Below, piece by piece: positions 49,192 through 57,963 of a stretch of 64,000 bases of DNA. The position numbers were made by a program, and so were the translations under genes. The notes under the pieces are model-generated. The model did not search any database. It saw only the letters and a list, made by a program, of their open reading frames with translations, and was not told where the DNA came from. The first letter of the stretch is position 1, and every line of letters starts with the position of its first letter. The stretch comes from Bacteroidetes bacterium GWF2_49_14 (lineage in GTDB: Bacteria > Bacteroidota > Bacteroidia > Bacteroidales > UBA12481): NCBI GenBank assembly GCA_001769295.1, contig MEOR01000127.1, positions 31,694 through 95,693 on the forward strand. The letters run 5' to 3'.

Positions 49192-50343
49192 ATGGCTTCA
49201 ATATTAGTTATTGATGATGAGCGGAGTATCAGGAATACACTGAAGGAGGTTCTTGAGTACGAGAATCACCAGGTGGAGCTGGCTGAGGATGGAATTGTCG
49301 GATTGGAAATGATCCGGGAGAACCATTTTGATATTGTATTGTGCGACATCAAGATGCCGAAAATTGACGGTCTTGAAGTTTTGCAAAAGATCTTTGAGTT
49401 TACGGCAGAACCGCAGGTTATCATGATCTCCGGCCATGGAACTGTTGATTCGGCAGTGGAAGCCATTAAAAAAGGAGCCTACGATTTCATTGAAAAACCG
49501 CTGGATCTTAACCGGCTGATGATCACCATCCGCAATGCGATGGACAAGACGCAGCTGGTTACGGAAACCCGGATCCTGAAAAAGAAGGTCAGCAAAAAAT
49601 ATGAAATGGTGGGAGAATCTCCGGCCATGGCCAAGGTTAAAAGCATGATTGACCGGGTAGCGCCGACTGATGCCCGGGTTATGATAACGGGTGAGAATGG
49701 AACCGGAAAGGAATTGGTTGCCAGGCAACTTCATGAACAGAGCAATCGTCGCGGAGGACTTTTTGTTGAGGTCAACTGTGCCGCAATACCATCAGAACTT
49801 ATTGAGAGTGAACTATTTGGCCACGAAAAAGGTTCATTCACATCAGCCATCAAACAGCGTAAAGGAAAATTCGAGCTGGCCGACAAGGGAACACTTTTTC
49901 TGGATGAAATAGGAGACATGAGCCTTTCGGCACAGGCGAAAGTATTGCGGGCTCTTCAGGAAAACAGAATCAACAGGGTTGGTGGAGACAAGGACATTCC
50001 GGTGGATGTAAGGGTTATAGCCGCAACGAACAAGAACCTGAAACAGGAGATAAGTGAAGGCCGTTTTCGTGAAGACCTGTATCACCGGCTGGGTGTGATC
50101 ATCATTCATGTACCCGCACTTAACGAAAGGAGCGAAGATATCCCAATGCTGGCGGCTCATTTCATAGAGTTGATCTGCAATGAAATGGGTATGGCAATTA
50201 AGAAGATTTCTGAAGAAGCAACACTTGAACTTCAAAAGTTGCCGTGGACAGGGAATATCCGGGAATTCAGGAATGTGATCGAACGGCTGATCATTTTGGG
50301 TGGGCAGGAGATAACGGCTGAGGATGTAAAAACATTTGCCTAG
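49192..50343 (+). CDS. sigma-54-dependent response regulator (receiver + AAA+ domain) lacking a C-terminal HTH
   Basis: 383 aa from ATG 49192. Receiver ILVIDDE...DIVLCDIKMP, Walker A GENGTGKE, sigma-54 contact loop GSFTSA (49831-49848), Walker B LFLDEIGD, NIREFRNVIERL. The protein ends ~20 aa later. Confidence 0.85.
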   Translation: MASILVIDDERSIRNTLKEVLEYENHQVELAEDGIVGLEMIRENHFDIVLCDIKMPKIDGLEVLQKIFEFTAEPQVIMISGHGTVDSAVEAIKKGAYDFIEKPLDLNRLMITIRNAMDKTQLVTETRILKKKVSKKYEMVGESPAMAKVKSMIDRVAPTDARVMITGENGTGKELVARQLHEQSNRRGGLFVEVNCAAIPSELIESELFGHEKGSFTSAIKQRKGKFELADKGTLFLDEIGDMSLSAQAKVLRALQENRINRVGGDKDIPVDVRVIAATNKNLKQEISEGRFREDLYHRLGVIIIHVPALNERSEDIPMLAAHFIELICNEMGMAIKKISEEATLELQKLPWTGNIREFRNVIERLIILGGQEITAEDVKTFA

Positions 50344-50354
50344 AACGGACCATC

Positions 50355-50819
50355 ATGCAAAAACGAGCTGTCTTTCCGGGATCTTTCGATCCTTTTACCA
50401 AGGGTCACCAGAATGTAATTGACCGGTCGCTGGCTCTTTTCGATGAAATTATCATTGCCATTGGTCACAACTCTCAGAAGAGCAGCTTCTTTACACTTGA
50501 ACAAAGGCTCGACATGATAACCCGCTTATATTCAGGGGAGCCAAAAATCAGGGTAGATTTTTATGAATGCCTTACAATTGATTATTGTTCAAAGGTTGAG
50601 GCCGGATATATTCTGAGGGGTTTAAGGACCTCGGCCGACTTTGAATACGAAAGGGCAATTGCCCAAATAAACCGTAAAATGAATCCCGGTGTTGAGACCG
50701 TTTTTCTCCTTACCATACCTGAGTTCACCCCTCTAAACTCAACCATTATCAGGGAGATTCTCAAATATGGCGGAGATGCCACTCAATTCCTGCCTGACGG
50801 CATGATCATCGGTAAATAA
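50355..50819 (+). CDS. coaD: phosphopantetheine adenylyltransferase
   Basis: 154 aa. AVFPGSFDPFTKGHQNVIDR (T/HxGH motif). Confidence 0.92.
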   Translation: MQKRAVFPGSFDPFTKGHQNVIDRSLALFDEIIIAIGHNSQKSSFFTLEQRLDMITRLYSGEPKIRVDFYECLTIDYCSKVEAGYILRGLRTSADFEYERAIAQINRKMNPGVETVFLLTIPEFTPLNSTIIREILKYGGDATQFLPDGMIIGK

Positions 50820-50825
50820 ATCCGT

Positions 50826-51443
50826 TTATTCCCAGTTGATATCCCCGATCAGAACTTCAAGAGACCGGTAGGTGTTCTCCAGAATGATATCAAACTGTGA
50901 AGGCTTCAGCCAGACAGCCTCGGTGATACCCTCTTCCTTTTGCGGAGTTGTTTCGGGAGAACCGCCATATTCCATTGCAAACCACCAGGTCTGTTTCAGG
51001 ACCCTCTGTCCGTCAAGGATATATGTATGATAGGTTGATGGCAATGATGTTAGTATGCACGGCGGCTCAATTCCGCATTCTTCTGTAACCTCCCGGATAG
51101 CAGCCATTTCCGGCGATTCGCCGGGTTCCAGTTTTCCCTTTGGAATATCCCATTTCCCGAATCTCTTGATGAACAGGTATCTGCCGGACTTATCCTTAAC
51201 AATACCACCGGCAGATTCAAACTTCAGGAAGAAACTCGAGAAGATACGAAATAGTGAATCTGGCTCAGGGTGGCAAAGGCAATAGTTCCTGACACCCGAT
51301 GCCTCAAACGCTGAAATGAGTTCTCCAACAACTGCGCGATCGGGTTTACTCACAAGTTCATGGCAGATTCCCGGCGGGGCGTCCTGCGGTGTTGAGAAGG
51401 AAAGCATGCAGTCGTTGAAGAAAACTTTATAATTTAGTGGCAT
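50826..51443 (-). CDS. NUDIX hydrolase with N-terminal extra domain
   Basis: 205 aa. Nudix box GKLEPGESPEMAAIREVTEECG. Confidence 0.8.
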   Translation of the reverse strand: MPLNYKVFFNDCMLSFSTPQDAPPGICHELVSKPDRAVVGELISAFEASGVRNYCLCHPEPDSLFRIFSSFFLKFESAGGIVKDKSGRYLFIKRFGKWDIPKGKLEPGESPEMAAIREVTEECGIEPPCILTSLPSTYHTYILDGQRVLKQTWWFAMEYGGSPETTPQKEEGITEAVWLKPSQFDIILENTYRSLEVLIGDINWE

Positions 51444-52077
51444 GATGGATACAGCTAAAATGGTAGCATCGCTGTTGTTGCAAATTAAAGCAATAAAGCT
51501 CTCACCGGCAAGTCCCTTTACCTGGGCTTCAGGCTGGAAATCACCAATTTATTGTGACAACCGGAGGATACTATCTTTCCCCGAAGTTCGAAAAACCATC
51601 CGGGATGAATTTGTTTTTCGTATCCGTGAGGATTATCCTGATACGGAGCTTATCGCAGGGGTTGCCACGGGTGCAATTGCCCATGGTGTGCTGGTTGCTG
51701 AGGCGCTTGGACTTCCGTTTGTTTATGTTCGTCCAGAAGCTAAAGCCCACGGGTTGGGCAACCAGATTGAAGGTTTTTATACCGCTGGCATGAAGACCGT
51801 CATTGTAGAGGACCTGATCTCAACCGGGGGAAGCAGCCTGGGTGCTCTCAAAGCTTTAAGGGAAAGCGGACTGCACGTTCTCGGAATGCTTGCCATTTTT
51901 ACTTATGGTTTTGAGAAGGCAGAAACTAATTTTACGGAGGCAGGCTGCAGGATAGACACCCTGAGTAATTATACAAGCCTGCTGGAACTGGCCATTCAAA
52001 CGGGTGATATCAGCAAGGACCAGCTTCCGATGCTGACCAAATGGAGAAAGGAACCTGAAACATTTGGCTCAGAATAG
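51442..52077 (+). CDS. pyrE: orotate phosphoribosyltransferase
   Basis: 211 aa. FTWASGWKSPIYCDNR, PRPP loop VIVEDLISTGGSS. Confidence 0.9.
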   Translation: MMDTAKMVASLLLQIKAIKLSPASPFTWASGWKSPIYCDNRRILSFPEVRKTIRDEFVFRIREDYPDTELIAGVATGAIAHGVLVAEALGLPFVYVRPEAKAHGLGNQIEGFYTAGMKTVIVEDLISTGGSSLGALKALRESGLHVLGMLAIFTYGFEKAETNFTEAGCRIDTLSNYTSLLELAIQTGDISKDQLPMLTKWRKEPETFGSE

Positions 52078-52806
52078 GTATTCCACTTCCTGAAATGCAA
52101 ATTCCTGCATTACCCCTGAATCCTCCTGCAGGATGAGGTAGCCAAACTCATTCACATCAACAATCCGCGCAGTAAACTCTCGTTCACTGGCCTTGTATCT
52201 CCCGGGTTGATCGAATCTTAGCATCTTTTCAAGGTACTCTTTCCGGATTGTATCCCGGTTTCCTGCCTCAAGGTACCGGTACCGGTTTCTAAATGATTCG
52301 AGAAACAGGTCTTCCATCTCTTCAAGATCGTAGTTCTGTCCCGATATTTGCCTCAGGGATAAGGGATTAGGAATAGTAGCCGGAAATATTTCCTGGTTGA
52401 TATTAATGCCTATACCAAGGATGGCATGATGAAGATAGTTACCCAGGATTGATGTCTCTATCAGAATGCCGCCAATCTTTTCACCATTGACATACAAATC
52501 ATTCGGCCATTTGATTTTTACCTGATCCGTGAAAAGGGATAGGAAGTCAGCTGCTGCGAGACTAAAAGTCATCGAAAGGAAAAACTGGGCCGCGCCCTGG
52601 AGACCGTCTGGAAAAATGACAAGTGATCCGGTCAGGTTCTTTCCGGGTTCCGTTTTCCAGGTATGAGCCCCCTGCCCCCTTCCGGCATATTGGTCATCAG
52701 TCCTGATCCAGAAGGGTTCGGTACTATTTCCGTCCGCGATCAGTGAAGCCGCAAAAATATTAGTAGAGCTGACCCTTTTCCTAAAAATCTTGGTAATGGT
52801 ATGCAT
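52069..52806 (-). CDS. birA: biotin--[acetyl-CoA-carboxylase] ligase, group I (no HTH)
   Basis: 245 aa. GRGQGAHTW (GRGRxGRxW-type), KWPNDLYVNGEKIGGILIE. Confidence 0.85.
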   Translation of the reverse strand: MHTITKIFRKRVSSTNIFAASLIADGNSTEPFWIRTDDQYAGRGQGAHTWKTEPGKNLTGSLVIFPDGLQGAAQFFLSMTFSLAAADFLSLFTDQVKIKWPNDLYVNGEKIGGILIETSILGNYLHHAILGIGININQEIFPATIPNPLSLRQISGQNYDLEEMEDLFLESFRNRYRYLEAGNRDTIRKEYLEKMLRFDQPGRYKASEREFTARIVDVNEFGYLILQEDSGVMQEFAFQEVEYLF

Positions 52807-52841
52807 GGATGCAAGATTAACTGAGTAAATTTACCAAAAAT

Positions 52842-52883
52842 GGGCATAAGGGCATAGGGGCATGGGGGCATGGGGGCTTAGGG
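52842..52883 (+). repeat. G-rich tandem octamer repeat (GGGCATAA GGGCATAG GGGCATGG GGGCATGG GGGCTTAG GG)
   Basis: Read directly at 52842-52883 in the birA/rsfS divergent spacer. Five phased 8-nt units with G-runs of 3, 3, 4, 5, 5 and 3. Confidence 0.85.
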
Positions 52884-52898
52884 AAATACATTGATAAT

Positions 52899-53279
52899 AT
52901 GAAGAAAACGAAAAAGGGAATTGCAGATATTACGCAGCAGGAGCTGACGGATGCCATTGTTGAAGCGATCAGGATTAAGAAGGGAGAAGGGATTACCGGG
53001 CTGGATCTCACTCATTTGAACACAAGTATATGCAATGCCTTTGTCATTGCGCATGGATCGTCCTCCGTGCAGGTAAAAGCAATTGCAGAGTCGGTTGAGG
53101 ACCAGGTGAGGGATTTGCATCAGCGTAAGCCCTATCATCGTGAGGGGTTTGAGAATTCCCACTGGATACTGTTGGATTATGGAAGTATCATTGTTCATGT
53201 CTTTCTCAAGAATTACCGGGATTTTTATGATCTTGAAGGATTGTGGGCTGACGGGCACCGGACTGATTATGCCTCTTAA
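52899..53279 (+). CDS. rsfS: ribosome silencing factor RsfS (iojap family)
   Basis: 126 aa. CNAFVIAHGSSSVQVKAIAESV...WILLDYGSIIVHVFLKNYRDFYDLEGLW. Confidence 0.9.
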   Translation: MKKTKKGIADITQQELTDAIVEAIRIKKGEGITGLDLTHLNTSICNAFVIAHGSSSVQVKAIAESVEDQVRDLHQRKPYHREGFENSHWILLDYGSIIVHVFLKNYRDFYDLEGLWADGHRTDYAS

Positions 53280-53364
53280 AAACTGATCCCAAACTGATGG
53301 TATAATTATTGGGAGAAAGATCTTTCACATTTAATATCTCGTTTTATTAAGGTAAACTGAAAAT

Positions 53365-55365
53365 ATGGCAGATAACGACAATACAGGCAACCCACGTCCT
53401 TTGCCCGGGCAAAAGGGCAAATCAGGAGATCCGCTTAAGAAGAAACCGAAGATGAATGTCATGTGGATCTACCCAATGATCTTTCTGGGTATCCTCGCCA
53501 TCAGCTTTCTTAATAAGAACAACAAGCCACAGGAAGTCAGCTGGAAACAGTTTGAAGAAGTGATGCTTAAGCCGGGCGATATTGACAGACTGATCGTTGT
53601 GAACGGTGAATTGCTAGAGATTTATATTAAGGAGGATCGCATTTCAGACCCGAAATTCAAAGATCTTTACAAAAAAGGATTTGGTACTATTCCTACCCAC
53701 GGGCCACAGTTCTACTACAAAATTCCCACAGTTGAGATTTTTGACAAAAGGCTTGAAGCCGCCAACTCTACCCTTCCGGAAGAAAATCAGGTTGATTATT
53801 CATCTGACAAAAGGACCGATATTCTGATGACCGTATTAGGCTGGGTTATCCCGATCGGTTTGCTGATTGCTTTCTATCTGTTCATTTTTCGCCGTATGTC
53901 GAATGCAGCAGGAGGCGGTGGTGCGGGTGGCATTTTCAACGTTGGAAAGAGCAAAGCAAAGATCTTCAACAAGGAAGAAGACAATATAAACGTTTCTTTT
54001 AAGGATGTTGCAGGGTTGGAAGAAGCGAAAACGGAGATTATGGAGATCGTGGATTTCCTGAAAAACCCGACAAAATACACTCAATTGGGAGGAAAGATAC
54101 CCAAAGGTGCACTTCTTGTTGGCCCTCCAGGAACCGGAAAGACCTTACTGGCTAAAGCTGTTGCAGGTGAGGCAAATGTTCCGTTCTTTTCAATGTCGGG
54201 TTCTGATTTTGTTGAAATGTTTGTTGGTGTTGGCGCCTCAAGGGTTCGTGATTTGTTCAAACAGGCAAAGGAAAAGGCTCCCTGTATTGTTTTCATCGAT
54301 GAGATTGATGCGATCGGTCGGGCCAGAGGTAGAAATCCAAATTACGGATCAAACGATGAACGCGAAAACACCCTGAATCAGCTCCTTACAGAAATGGATG
54401 GCTTTGCCTCGAACTCCGGGGTTATCATCCTTGCTGCCACAAACCGTGCAGATATTCTGGATAAAGCCCTGATGCGTGCGGGACGCTTTGACCGTCAGAT
54501 TCACGTTGAACTGCCTGACCTGAATGAAAGGAAGGATATTTTCAAGGTTCACCTCAGAAATGTAAAATATGACCCGACGCTTGACATCGACTTCTTTGCC
54601 AAGCAGACCCCGGGGTTCAGCGGTGCCGACATTGCCAATGTTTGTAATGAATCGGCGCTGATTGCCGCACGGAGGGGAAAGAAAATGGTTGAAAGGCAAG
54701 ACTTCCTTGATGCGGTTGACCGGATCATCGGTGGTTTGGAGAAAAAGAACAAGATCATTTCATTTGAAGAGAAGAAGGCTGTTGCCTATCATGAGGCTGG
54801 CCATGCTACGGTAAGCTGGCTTCTTGAACATGCTCATCCCCTGGTGAAAGTAACTATTGTTCCGAGGGGGAAAGCATTGGGTGCAGCCTGGTATCTGCCA
54901 GAGGAAAGACAGTTGACAACCGGAGACCAGATTCTGGATGAAATGGCATCTGCGCTGGCCGGAAGGGCCGCAGAGGAATTAACATTCGGCAGTGTATCTA
55001 CAGGTGCCTTGAATGATCTGGAACGGGTTACCAAACAAGCCTATGCCATGGTTTCGTTTTTCGGGATGAGTGAAAAGGTTGGAAAACTGAGTTTCTATGA
55101 TTCATCCGGACAAAACGATTATCCGTTCAGCAAGCCCTACAGTGAAAAAACAGCGGAGCTCATTGATAGTGAGGCGAAAAAAATAATAGATGAGGCATAT
55201 GAACGTGCCAAGGATATTTTAATTCAGCACAAAGACGGACACCATGAAATATCCGAAATGCTGCTAGAGAAAGAGGTATTGTTTGCCGAAGATCTTGAAC
55301 GGGTTTTTGGACCCCGGAAAGGTCATAAGCCGGAAGGCCTCGAAACCACTAAGCCAGCTGTATAA
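53365..55365 (+). CDS. ftsH: ATP-dependent zinc metalloprotease FtsH
   Basis: 666 aa. Two N-terminal TMs, Walker [21 protein letters not shown], zinc site HEAGHA. Confidence 0.97.
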   Translation: MADNDNTGNPRPLPGQKGKSGDPLKKKPKMNVMWIYPMIFLGILAISFLNKNNKPQEVSWKQFEEVMLKPGDIDRLIVVNGELLEIYIKEDRISDPKFKDLYKKGFGTIPTHGPQFYYKIPTVEIFDKRLEAANSTLPEENQVDYSSDKRTDILMTVLGWVIPIGLLIAFYLFIFRRMSNAAGGGGAGGIFNVGKSKAKIFNKEEDNINVSFKDVAGLEEAKTEIMEIVDFLKNPTKYTQLGGKIPKGALLVGPPGTGKTLLAKAVAGEANVPFFSMSGSDFVEMFVGVGASRVRDLFKQAKEKAPCIVFIDEIDAIGRARGRNPNYGSNDERENTLNQLLTEMDGFASNSGVIILAATNRADILDKALMRAGRFDRQIHVELPDLNERKDIFKVHLRNVKYDPTLDIDFFAKQTPGFSGADIANVCNESALIAARRGKKMVERQDFLDAVDRIIGGLEKKNKIISFEEKKAVAYHEAGHATVSWLLEHAHPLVKVTIVPRGKALGAAWYLPEERQLTTGDQILDEMASALAGRAAEELTFGSVSTGALNDLERVTKQAYAMVSFFGMSEKVGKLSFYDSSGQNDYPFSKPYSEKTAELIDSEAKKIIDEAYERAKDILIQHKDGHHEISEMLLEKEVLFAEDLERVFGPRKGHKPEGLETTKPAV

Positions 55366-56015
55366 TGGAGGAGCGGGATTCGAGAAAGATCATACTGGAC
55401 AAGATCCGGGCTGCAAAGATCAGCCAGGAAGAGAGAATAAAGACCTCATTTCCGAAACACCAGCATGATTCCTCGAAATACCTGCCTGAGCCGGACGATC
55501 TTCCTGAAGTTATGTTTGCCCGAAACCTGAATCAGGTCAAGGGCAAATTTGTCTATTGCCCGAATCAAAAAGAACTTATCCTAGCGCTCCGGATCCTGTT
55601 TCATGAGGAAAAATGGGAGCGAATCTATTGCGGCGAACCATCCATTATGGAGTACGTCAAACGAGCCGGGTTGCCATTTTTCCAGGATACCGGGCAAATA
55701 CCTGCCGTTGAGGCGGCCATAACGGGCTGCGAGTTTCTGGTTGCCAGAACGGGGAGTGTCATGGTATCCTCGGCACAGGGCTCCGGCCGCCGGATTTTCG
55801 GATATGCCCCTGTACATATTGTTATTGCAAGGACGAGCCAGCTGGTGATGGAAATCCGTGATGCACTTTCTGCCATCAAAGGAAAATATCAGGAGATCCC
55901 ATCTCAGATTTCGTTAATCTCCGGACCGAGCAGAACGGCGGACATCGAAAAAACACTCGTAATGGGGGTTCACGGGCCACATGATTTGTACGTTTTTCTG
56001 TTAAATGAAAACTAA
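55365..56015 (+). CDS. LUD-domain protein (LutC/YkgG-like)
   Basis: 216 aa. GCEFLVARTGSVMVSS...GPSRTADIEKTLVMGVHGP. The start overlaps the ftsH stop (TAATG). Confidence 0.75.
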   Translation: MEERDSRKIILDKIRAAKISQEERIKTSFPKHQHDSSKYLPEPDDLPEVMFARNLNQVKGKFVYCPNQKELILALRILFHEEKWERIYCGEPSIMEYVKRAGLPFFQDTGQIPAVEAAITGCEFLVARTGSVMVSSAQGSGRRIFGYAPVHIVIARTSQLVMEIRDALSAIKGKYQEIPSQISLISGPSRTADIEKTLVMGVHGPHDLYVFLLNEN

Positions 56016-56838
56016 TCAGGTGAAGGAATTTGCAATTCGTTCTGCTTCCGGGCTGGTCTACGCAGCCATCATGATCGGATCTGTCACTCTTCATCCTTTG
56101 GGTTTTCTTGCGGTTTTTGCTTTTGTCCTGATCAAAGGGATGTGGGAGTTTTACGCCCTGATCAGCGCTAAGGAGCACAAACCCATGGTCATTCCAGGGA
56201 TCACAGCCGGCATTCTGCTTTTATCCGCACTCTTTTTCAAAGAATACCTTGATCTGGACTCAAGGATCCTTATCATCCCGGGACTGGCTGTAGTTACGCT
56301 TTTTTCCATACCGATGTTCATCCCCCGGATTCATGTCATTTATTCCTTGTCGCTGACACTCACCGGTTTATTATATGTAGCCGTTCCCGTAAGCCTTTTT
56401 ACCGGATTGGCTTATAACCCTTACCATCAAGGATTTGATTATCAGGTTGTACTCTTTTTGTTTGCCGTCATTTGGTTGAACGATACGGGCGCCTACATTA
56501 CCGGGGTTCTTTTCGGAAAGCACAAAATGTTCCCGAACATTTCTCCAAAAAAATCCTGGGAAGGATTTGCCGGCGGCCTAATCCTCTCAATTGGAGTTGC
56601 CCTGTTGATCCGCCCCTGGTTACCTGATCTTCCGGCTAATCTGGTCTGGATATATGCGCTGGCCATAGTTCTTGCAGGGACTTTGGGAGATTTAGCGGAA
56701 TCCTCCATGAAAAGGGCTGCCGGAGTCAAGGATTCAGGCCGGTTCATGCCCGGACATGGCGGCTTGCTTGACCGGTTTGACAGTCTCCTTTTTGCTGCAC
56801 CGGTATTCTATTGTCTGATTCACCTATTCACGGCCTAA
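56005..56838 (+). CDS. cdsA: phosphatidate cytidylyltransferase (CDP-diglyceride synthase)
   Basis: 277 aa polytopic. SPKKSWEGFAGG and C-terminal signature SSMKRAAGVKDSGRFMPGHGGLLDRFDS. Confidence 0.9.
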   Translation: MKTNQVKEFAIRSASGLVYAAIMIGSVTLHPLGFLAVFAFVLIKGMWEFYALISAKEHKPMVIPGITAGILLLSALFFKEYLDLDSRILIIPGLAVVTLFSIPMFIPRIHVIYSLSLTLTGLLYVAVPVSLFTGLAYNPYHQGFDYQVVLFLFAVIWLNDTGAYITGVLFGKHKMFPNISPKKSWEGFAGGLILSIGVALLIRPWLPDLPANLVWIYALAIVLAGTLGDLAESSMKRAAGVKDSGRFMPGHGGLLDRFDSLLFAAPVFYCLIHLFTA

Positions 56839-57495
56839 ATGATTCATCGGGAAGGATATAAAACGCTCACGGGCATTCTGGCCATCCTTGTTGTCCTGGA
56901 TGCAATTCTATGGATATCATTTCCCCACGGCATTGGCATGTGGTCAGGGATCTGTGTTTCACTTCTTATCGTAGCATTTGTAACCTGGTTTTTTCGCCAG
57001 CCGAATCGTCCGGTGCCAACCGCCAGCAACCATGTAATTGCTCCGGCAGACGGAACCATCCTGACAGTTGATGAACTGTTTGTTGGTGAATTCTTTGAGG
57101 ATTACCGTCAGCGGGTTTCGATTTTTATGTCGGGAGGAAATGTCCATATTAACTGGATACCTCTAAGTGGATTTATCCGTTATCAGAAATACAATCCCGG
57201 AAGGCATATCTTTGCCAAACATCCAAAGTCCTCTGACCGGAATGAGAGGAGTACGGTTGTCATCGAAAGCCCCGAAGGCAAGCAACTAATGGTCAGACAG
57301 ATAGCAGGAATTATGGCAAGGAGGGTGATAACATATCCAAAGAGCGGAACCAAAGTTACCCAGGGTGGCGAACTTGGGTTTATAAAATTCGGTTCCCGGG
57401 TCGATCTGTTCTTCCCTTCCGGCACCCATATTCTGGTCAGGCCGGGAGATAAAACTACCGGCAGAGTGACTCCAATAGCTGAATGGTCCTGGTGA
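56839..57495 (+). CDS. psd: phosphatidylserine decarboxylase proenzyme (short Bacteroidota type)
   Basis: 218 aa. Two N-terminal TMs, self-cleavage motif FGSRVDL. ATG directly follows the cdsA TAA. Confidence 0.85.
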   Translation: MIHREGYKTLTGILAILVVLDAILWISFPHGIGMWSGICVSLLIVAFVTWFFRQPNRPVPTASNHVIAPADGTILTVDELFVGEFFEDYRQRVSIFMSGGNVHINWIPLSGFIRYQKYNPGRHIFAKHPKSSDRNERSTVVIESPEGKQLMVRQIAGIMARRVITYPKSGTKVTQGGELGFIKFGSRVDLFFPSGTHILVRPGDKTTGRVTPIAEWSW

Positions 57496-57611
57496 AAAGC
57501 TCTGTGAAATGTTAAAAATCAGCCAATAGATGATTGTTTAACTATTCTTTAACAACTAGTATGGGAGAAAGACCGTTATCTTCGTACAAACATTTTAAAA
57601 ATCAGAAACTC

Positions 57612-57917
57612 ATGAAAAAATTCCTGGCTATTTTCTCACTGCTGGCATTTGTTGCCGTTTTTACTCTTCCCGCTCTTACCATGGATGAGCAGGATGTTGT
57701 TAAAGTTGTTAATGTAGACAAAGACAAAAAAGTTAAAGCATCTAAGGCTGCAAAAGCTGCGACCAGTGCTGCAAAAGCATCTTGCTGCGAAGCTGAAAAA
57801 GGCGCTGCAAAAGCATCTTGCTGCGAGGAAAAAACTGGCGAAGCAAAATCATGCGCTGCAACCTGCAAAGAAGGAGCTTCCTGCAAAACCGGAATGGCCG
57901 CTGAGAAAAAGAAATAA
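57612..57917 (+). CDS. small exported Lys/Ala-rich, Cys-rich protein (unknown family)
   Basis: 101 aa from ATG 57612. MKKFLAIFSLLAFVAVFTLPALT, then ...AKASCCEAEKGAAKASCCEEKTGEAKSCAATCKEGASCKTGMAAEKKK. 7 Cys including two CC pairs. A strong terminator follows. Confidence 0.6.
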   Translation: MKKFLAIFSLLAFVAVFTLPALTMDEQDVVKVVNVDKDKKVKASKAAKAATSAAKASCCEAEKGAAKASCCEEKTGEAKSCAATCKEGASCKTGMAAEKKK

Positions 57918-57934
57918 TTGGATTTGTTTCCAAT

Positions 57935-57963
57935 AAAAAACCCCGGACCTCCGGGGTTTTTTT
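57935..57963. terminator. bidirectional rho-independent terminator (Cys-rich gene / PorV-PorQ-like gene)
   Basis: AAAAAA CCCCGGA CC TCCGGGG TTTTTTT: a GC stem flanked by an A-run and a T-run. Confidence 0.8.

Noticed and set aside
48372-49193. 273-aa minus-strand ORF rich in His/Cys/Asn
   Set aside because: It lies entirely antisense to the ABC-2 permease, whose TM pattern and operon context are convincing. It has no recognisable motifs and odd composition typical of an antisense shadow frame.
52817-53258. Minus-strand ORFs of 64 aa and 126 aa covering the G-rich repeat and rsfS
   Set aside because: They are antisense to a clear RsfS gene. The 64-aa frame merely reads the C-rich strand of the tandem repeat (..PPCPHAPMPLCP..).
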